A stretch of 63,427 nt of DNA, the filler included, from Phoronis australis (taxonomy: Eukaryota > Animalia > Phoronida), in assembly GCA_002633005.1 (NCBI GenBank). It is 4 parts of 4 records of this genome, joined end to end, with 100 filler letters (N's around TTAATTAATTAA, not from the genome) between each part and the next. Parts side by side here need not be neighbours in the genome. Positions count along the whole stretch, not along the records: positions 53,813 to 63,427 come from NMRA01000279.1; 3 more parts are not named here. One strand, written 5' to 3'. Each line of letters begins with the position of its first letter. Position 1 is the first letter of the stretch. Positions 56,119-63,427 of this stretch are shown piece by piece. The translations under genes were made by a program, and so were the position numbers. The notes under the pieces were generated by a model. The model had not been told where the DNA came from, made no database searches, and saw only the letters and a list, made by a program, of their open reading frames with translations.

Positions 56119-59100
56119 TCTTGTCTCTCTTTTGTGGTTGAATGTTGTTTCGTGTTTGTCAACGAAATGTTCTATTATTGCACGAATCCTTTACAGAAAT
56201 ATTTGCGTGTTGATTGACTCACATAGCACCTTATTCCAGTGTGATATTTTATTATTAAAACCGAAGTTTATATCATGAGTGTGCTTGTAAAGGTTTAGTG
56301 GAAATTTCTGATTGTAATGCCCATTGCGTACATCCAGTAAATAACTTAACATTTGCCTTTTTATTGTAAGCCGGAAAAAGTGATGTACATGTATAAACGA
56401 AAATTTTGTCAGCAGTATCAACAAGGAATGAAGACCAATACGTGTAATTAGGAAGATTGCGCGATATAATTTGTTTCTTTGTAGATAAGCCAAAAGCCGC
56501 TAAAATGAACTCGGCCTATTTCTTAGCAAGCAGGTTCTTTGTTATACACTAGCTGGCAGCGTAAGAATTGGGAACATTAGCAAACCGTAGAAATCTTTCG
56601 TTATGACTGTAAAAGTAGACAAAGGAGCATAAATGTTGTGTGTCACGGTGTGCGTTGCAGTAGATTTTGAGTGAGACCTTGTTTTTGAGAAGCGTTGAAG
56701 TATAGCTTTCGTTTTCATTGTGTGAGGTTAGTGGGAAATTTATGCTTAATTTGGTTACCGGAATTCTGTTTTAACGATTATTTGGGTCAAACTGTAGACC
56801 AGCGTCTTTAATTTGCTTTGTAGCCGGTGGTGTCTCTGTTTTGGTAGATCGTTAGATAACGATGGACTACAATAACTAAAGTACATTAGAGGAAACTACA
56901 CGAAATTATATCTACATCAATGATGATAATCTTTAGCTATTGTGACATAAAGTAGGGGGTGATAATCGAACCTTACCACGACTGCTGAACTCTTAACATT
57001 GAAACAGAACCCTTGCCTACCCTTGGTAGCGTTTTCTGGATCTGTGGACATTAGCAAGAATTTTAGATAAAAGCTTCAGAAACTGTGTATTTAATCAATT
57101 CGACAAAAGCTATAAATCACTCTGAGACTCGTGGCCGTCATTTTCCTAAGATAGACTCTTTAGCTAATTCGCTTTTACGAGAGCCCGCTTTTTAACAAGA
57201 AACTTGGTCTACAAAACACTACTTTGATTACAATTCACTGTGCACTTGAAGTGTTCTAGTGCATAGGGTTATAATTGAAGCTCTGTAGTGATTGAACTGA
57301 GAAAAGTTTTGGTGTCTTATGTATTTTGTGGAAAGCGGCAAGAGTTTCCCTTCTTAAGAAAAGGTTCGATCATCGCCCGTTAAAATGACAAGTTCAATGT
57401 TAATATTGGTTTGCCATTGGTCGCATAACATTGATGTGTATGATGATTGATTTCTGGTGTGATAAATGCAAAAGTTATGATAATTGTGAGTGTATTTTAT
57501 AATAAATAGGTTTGCACTCGCTAAAATTGTCTTCTTGTCTTTAAAAATGCAATGTCTTAATATGCCCTGGAGAATTTGTCAAAAAAATTTCAACTTTTTT
57601 GAGATACATGTAACTATGTTTGATTAAGTTTACGTTTTCAAGTACGTTTAGGTGACCTATGATGCAAGCACTGTCCTGACCAGGGCCTTCAAAAGATAAA
57701 TTAAGCACTTCATGGTAGTTGACAAATATTCCCTTGAATTTCTCTTCTTCTCCATGTTTCGCCTTTCTTCACTTTCACACCTATGCTGGTGGCCACGGTT
57801 TGACCCTGACGCATGCAAATTTTTATTGACACTTGCCCACCTTACAGGCTCCCCGCTTGCTCTTGTCAAGAAAACGCACACGCTATTGGCTAGGTAGATT
57901 TGTGACGTAATCGACAGAGAAAAGAAATTTTGCGCGATATGTTGTAGCATTGAAGGACATGGGAAACCCGTAGTATTGAATGCTGGTGGCCTGCGCTAAC
58001 CAAGTGACAATGACGTGCTTGTACAAGCCGGGAAACATCAATTTGAAACTCGGTAGTCGAACAAGCAGTTCGGATTTGTTTTCATATCAGTAACTTGTTG
58101 TTTACTGTCGTGCTGTTGCTTACTTGACTGTCATAAAACGAGAGCACCAAAAGGTCACAACTCAGATCTTGAATAAAATTGTGTGTATATATATTCTGGT
58201 GGGATACGTTCAAAATGCTTATTGAAATTTTTAAGTTAGAGCATCATAAATTTTTTGGCTCAAAATAGTTCATGTTTGGTTAAAAAAGGTTCAATTAGTG
58301 AAGTTGTTTTAAAACTGCATAAAATAACAGGAAAAAATCTTTATGATGTTGATGTAGACATTGAACCTCTCTATCAGAACACAGTCTTCATATCTTGAAA
58401 GGAGCTTCCGTTAAAAGTGTCGAAATTTGTTAAATTTTGCCCAACTTTGTGTGTTTGATTTCAAGCCATTTTTTAGGTGCTCTGGGGGCCAGTTTGCAGG
58501 GTGCTTGTGATTTTATTATTTTCCATCAGTCGGGTGGAAAATGAAAAAATAAAATAAATAGGCTTTTTGTTTGTTTTCAAGCAACAGTCGATAGAAAGAA
58601 CATACAGTGCCTGACTACGGGCAGCATGCAGTTGCATCTCGTAAATCTCATAAAAAGGCTTCATTAATTTTTGCTAATATGTTTCTAAGGTGATCAACTC
58701 AGTCTACGTAGATAATTCAACAACTGCTGGCCCCCTTGTGGCAGTTTTTATAACTAGTGAAGTTTCATGAAATATTGCCAAAACGTTTCCATAGAGGAAA
58801 CGATGGCACATGTATGTTTGAAAACGACGTTTCGATAATAATCTAGCATTCTGCTACGATTGTTTTCCGTCTACTATTGTACTTGATGATGACTTTTTAT
58901 TAATGTCGAAACGTCGCTTGCATGCCGCACTCTATCGTCGTTTGTTTCTACTTCTTATTTCTAATTTGGCCAAAACCAAATATTACCCACAAGCATACTT
59001 TCGAATGCTTGTAACCTGTGCTGTACCACCAGTGTCAGTTTTAGCATTTTGAAAACCGTTCACATATCTAACCTGTGCCCGTGTCACGAACTAACTGATC

Positions 59101-60339
59101 CTGTGCCCGTAATCTGAGTTTTGGAGTTTTGCTATTTTTGCAGGATGCTAATGATTTAATGGATTCAACCCAAAAACTGAGTTCTTCACTTGTAACACTA
59201 GCAAAAGGTATAAATATTCTATCTGTCAAAAACATGGTAAGCAGGGGTTTCAAACTGTCATTGTTGCTAAAATATAATAAACGTTTGAAGCTATGAGGCT
59301 CAAGGAAACGCTTAAACGTCACACTTCGTCATCCAAATGTAACAAATTGTTGTAAATCAAGTAATATCTTTCATATTTTATTGCTTTGATATGACCTGAA
59401 GCAGAAAGTAACTACTTACAAAACATGAATCAAAACCACAATTTATGCACAAGATTTATACAAATCTGTGTCCTATTGTGACGCAAAATCATATTTTGAA
59501 GAAAAATTGACTTTCAAAATTATTTTAATTATTATTCAGAAGAGCGCAATGTCAACTGGAATCGCAATTAACATTGAAATAGAAAGAATATTCATAGTTA
59601 TGGTACACACACCGGAAACTTGTACAAAACTGTTTTTGGTAGCAGCCAGTCAACATATGTATTGTAGTGAAATCTTCATTATTAATGTTTATTACGAAAT
59701 CGTCAGTACAAGGAATATATATTGCTCTGAAAGCGCCAAGAGGCATTGTATCTGGGTTAAATAAATACAAAGAAATCTATATACAATTATTATACACATA
59801 AAACTGATGTTAAGATTTCAATGACATATGATTATGAATGTAAAAAAAATCATTTTCATTCAAAATCAGTTATTTTACATGTATACAATTGTATACACTC
59901 ACACAAAGAGAATTCATATTAAAAAAACTTTTGATACTATTTCGAATAAAACCTTATTTGCATTTGAGTTGAGTTCTTTACATCCACGTAAAATCGATGA
60001 CAATGTATCCAGTCGAACATGCCTTTCAGTTCAGAAAAGTTACAGCTGCGTGATTAAATTCTGGTGTAAACCCTTGGATTGTTCAGAATGTTGGGTTAGG
60101 ATATGGGATTTTAGATTTTACTGTTAGAATATTGATAAAGTTACAAAAAAACGTTCAAACAGTGTAAAATCCGCAACATTGGGCCATGCTTTAGAACAAA
60201 ATATGAAAAAAGCCCATTTAAGAGATTTTGTAAGTTGTTCACACAACCTAGATCTATCCACAAACATATCTTTCAATGTCCACAGCCCCGCAAACTGGCT
60301 TGTAGAAGCACTTGAGTGACACACTTTCAACACTACAAA

Positions 60340-60397
<58 letters not shown>
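60340..60397 (+). repeat. (ATT)n microsatellite
   Basis: Read directly from the sequence. Confidence 0.95.
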
Positions 60398-60399
<2 letters not shown>

Positions 60400-62073
60400 T
60401 TTATTTGGTAATCCTTATGTCTCATTTCCTCATTCCATTATGTGTTTTTTGTAATTGCGTTCACTCTACTTGTTTTTTATTGAAAAATTGCTATTTTTGG
60501 TATGCAAAAACGTGTCATTTTCTTCGTAAACCTTTGAACGTCCATTGGTAAAAAATTAAGAGGCCAGAAAGTGCAAAATTGGTGATTTTTAATATCACAG
60601 CGACACCACGATCACATACACAAAGTTTAGGTTGAATCTAAAGGATGGCTCCTAGAGTAATTTTTATTTCTTTTGATTTTCTCGTGGACTCCCTCTCAAC
60701 GTTGCGAGCCATGTCCTTCGCTTCAAGTTTCTCTTGCAACACTTTGGATGCATCCTTTACGGACTTCCAAAGAGATCGATGGGAGGCCTGATACTTCAAA
60801 AGATATAATACTTGTGCCTATATTGAAACCAAGACAGAGAGACGTCTCGTGGCAATAAAGGAGACTAACAGCACTCGCAGAAATTACTGTCGTCTTAGGT
60901 ACCAATGGACTTTAAATACAGGGTGTTTGTCGGGTTTGGCGGGTGGTTTGAGGAATTTGTTGAAAACAAGAGCCAGAAAACTGTTTTACTTGTGTTTTTG
61001 AATGAGAAAGCGATGTTTTTTAGCCATGACCTACTTTTGATGCAAAATGGAGGCTGTCGTTTGCTTTCAACCCCTGTCTCCTGCTGACTTAGAAACCGTG
61101 AGTGATTTCAGGTGGCTGTCACACGAATAAAAATTGCCAAAAAAGTAGCTGGTAAGGAGCCTAGTATTACTACATTTTTTTAATCTAGACAGCACGAGCA
61201 TTCTGAATCTGTCAAATTTGGTGTTTTTGATCCTATTTTTGTGTGCCGGTATCTTTCCCTGATGTGAATTAGCCGATTAAAAATCTGTAGCATGAAATTT
61301 CAGTTATCATGAGTAGTGCTTTTGAGTTTGGAAGCCAGATTTTTTTTGTTTTTTCACACTCTCGATAAGGACGTGAGATAAAGACTCGTCTCCCCTTGGG
61401 TGTGTGTCAGCAGTCAAAACCGTGCAATAAATGTAGTGTGCCTCCTTAATTGTCATCTGCTCTATGTTGTAACTCGTCCACTGCTGTTTAGTGTAAGCGC
61501 TACTTAAGACGACGTTGATTGCAGTCAGAAAGCCCCGTGGACGGTAGAGCCCTCTGACTTACATTTTGCTACAAGTTTTGGCGTTTTTCTATCATTTAAA
61601 TGGCTAAGATCAATTGACGCTGTTTTCACTGGCTTCTCATGGTTTGCTGTAAAACAAAAATGTTATTGATAGCAATAAGACAATCTGGACCATGAAGTCA
61701 TTTCGCGTAACATCTGAAATAAGTTGTGTAGGCATAGATCTTGTTAAACAAAGTTATGTTTTGTAAAATGTATGAAAGAAACATGTTAAAATTCACATGT
61801 CTCAGTTTTTTATCGAGCTGCTGAGTCGACCGATTTGAGGTAGATACACTATTTGTTTTGTCCACGTTCCTCTTTAAAATGTGTAAACTTTGATATTTTT
61901 CGTCTTAAATGTGACCCAAAACTTGTGAAAAAGCTACGGAAATTGTTTCTGAATGACTAGTTCTTTTAATTTTCCCAAAAAGCTTGATTTTTTTCAGATT
62001 TCAAAATCTTGAGATTTGGCATTTACACAACATTCAGTCAAAATTCCGACTTCTAACAAAATAACTTACGTAA

Positions 62074-63138
62074 TAATCACTTAAATGAAATCTGTGGCAC
62101 AGACTAATTTGAATCGGATTTCAAAATTGGTATTTCGAAAAAAAATGATCAACAGATAGCTCAGAAATAAACTTGAGCGTATTGCCACTACTGTGAAATA
62201 ATGAACGGAGAAAACGTGTTTAAAGTTTTGCTACTTTTGGTCAACGTTCACGAAAAATCTGTGCACATAATGCTCCACTTTTTCGGAACGTGATAGAAGG
62301 ACACCAGAGGGTACTTTCTACCGTAAAATAACCAACTTTTCAGTTGGTGTATTGCAACACTTGAGCTATTTTTATTAAAATGTATGTGCTTCTCAAACCC
62401 AAATCCAATGCGTCTGGTTGGTCTATTGTGCATTTTTACAAAGAGGCTTGGTGTGATGGTGTAATTTGGTCAATTTGTGGTCTGGTTTTGTCCTTCATTC
62501 AAGTCATCCACCGATTTACAAAACTGTCCCGGCGTTTTAAAATCAGTCATCAATGCCTAGAAGACAACCGATGTGTTACAGTTTCTTTATTTACAACCTG
62601 ACGTATTTTATCAATCTTTGTAGTTAGTGGAATTGCTGCCACCGTCGACCAAAAATTAGTTTTTTTTTGATGGTTCTAAAGTTTTGATTATCGACCAAAG
62701 GGCTATTAAAAATGACGGAATCTGGGTGCTTAGACCACAAATTACACCATCACACAAAGCCTCTCTGTAAAAATGCACAATAGACCAACCAGACGCATTG
62801 GATTTGAGTTTGAGAAGCACATACATTTTAAGAAAAATAGCTCAAGTGTTGCAATACACCAACTGAAAAGTTGGTTATTTTGCGGTAGAAAGTACCCTCT
62901 GGTGTCTTTCTAACACGTTCTGTAAAAATGGTGCATACAGATTTTTAGTGAAAGTTGACCAAAAGTAGCAAATGATAACTGCAAAACTTTAAACACGTTT
63001 TCTCAGTTCATTATTTCACAGTAGTGGCAATACGCTCAAGTTTATTTCTGAGCTATCTGTTGATCACTTTTTTCGAAATACCAAATATTGAAATTCGATT
63101 CAAATTAGTCTGTGCCACAGATTTCATTTAACTGATTA
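62074..63138. mobile_element. Foldback/MITE element with ~400-bp inverted arms
   Basis: 62074-~62470 is the reverse complement of ~62735-63138 at high identity. TTAA occurs at 62081-62084 and 63128-63131 near the ends. Confidence 0.82.
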
Positions 63139-63159
63139 CACCATCACACCAAGCCTCTG

Positions 63160-63427
63160 TTCTATGTGCATATTAAATTTAAGATTGGGATCTAAAATAG
63201 GGCCCAAGTACATAAACCGAGAGGTTGAGCCTAAGATATGCAGAAAACTGGTCGAGCCCGGAGGTGGATCACTTGCTCGCTGACGTACAGAGTCATTTAC
63301 CCTCGACCATAGATTCAAGTGTAGAAAGTTTAATGGAAGCCATTAAATTATGTGCTGCAGACATGTTAAAACCAAAAGTGAACATATCTTATAACCCAGT
63401 TAGTTTTCCCAAATGGTTTGACACTGA
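63160..63427 (-). pseudogene. Decayed CR1/L2-type LINE RT thumb fragment
   Basis: FMYLGPILDPNLKFNMHIE resembles 'KYLGVxLDxxLxFxxHI'. Confidence 0.45.

Noticed and set aside
56191-62050. Assorted 60-100-aa ORFs in the right-hand region
   Set aside because: No domains or consistent splice structure; the region appears non-coding or old repeat.

Overview
This is eukaryotic (animal, probably invertebrate) genomic DNA: AT-rich, with spliceosomal introns and dense repeats. It has four assembly gaps, three of them artificial 100-bp spacers containing TTAATTAATTAA. All calls were made by eye and from remembered family motifs; no searches were run. Host genes: (1) a CARD-like first coding exon (minus strand, 2403-2582); (2) a complete gene with 8 coding exons (minus, 25409->16339) encoding a ~400-aa secreted protein of signal peptide + PAN/apple-like domain + 3 EGF + an unrecognised Cys-containing C-terminal domain, with a TATA box, a non-coding first exon, a recently duplicated EGF exon and a polyA signal; (3) the 5' exons of an RFX6-like transcription factor (plus, 32994-35850); (4) an intronless, probably 5'-truncated septin/AIG1-like P-loop GTPase with a Cys/His-rich domain and coiled coils (plus, 53844-55760). 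Mobile DNA: two TTAA-flanked Kolobok derivatives (one with THAP-transposase and KolX/P2X7-ballast-like fragments, the other 'two-headed'), an Academ remnant with perfect TIRs and TSD, a ~10-kb near-intact EnSpm/CACTA element with a spliced accessory gene, Harbinger-type MITEs, three MITEs with 5-bp TSDs, foldback elements, LINE fragments and several minisatellites. One tandem repeat carries eight co-oriented CTCF-like motifs at ~150-bp spacing. No CRISPR array, rRNA or tRNA is supported. No wholly new multi-gene system is demonstrable; the best novelty candidates are the GTPase, the PAN-EGF protein's C-terminal domain, the two-headed Kolobok and the CTCF-like motif array.
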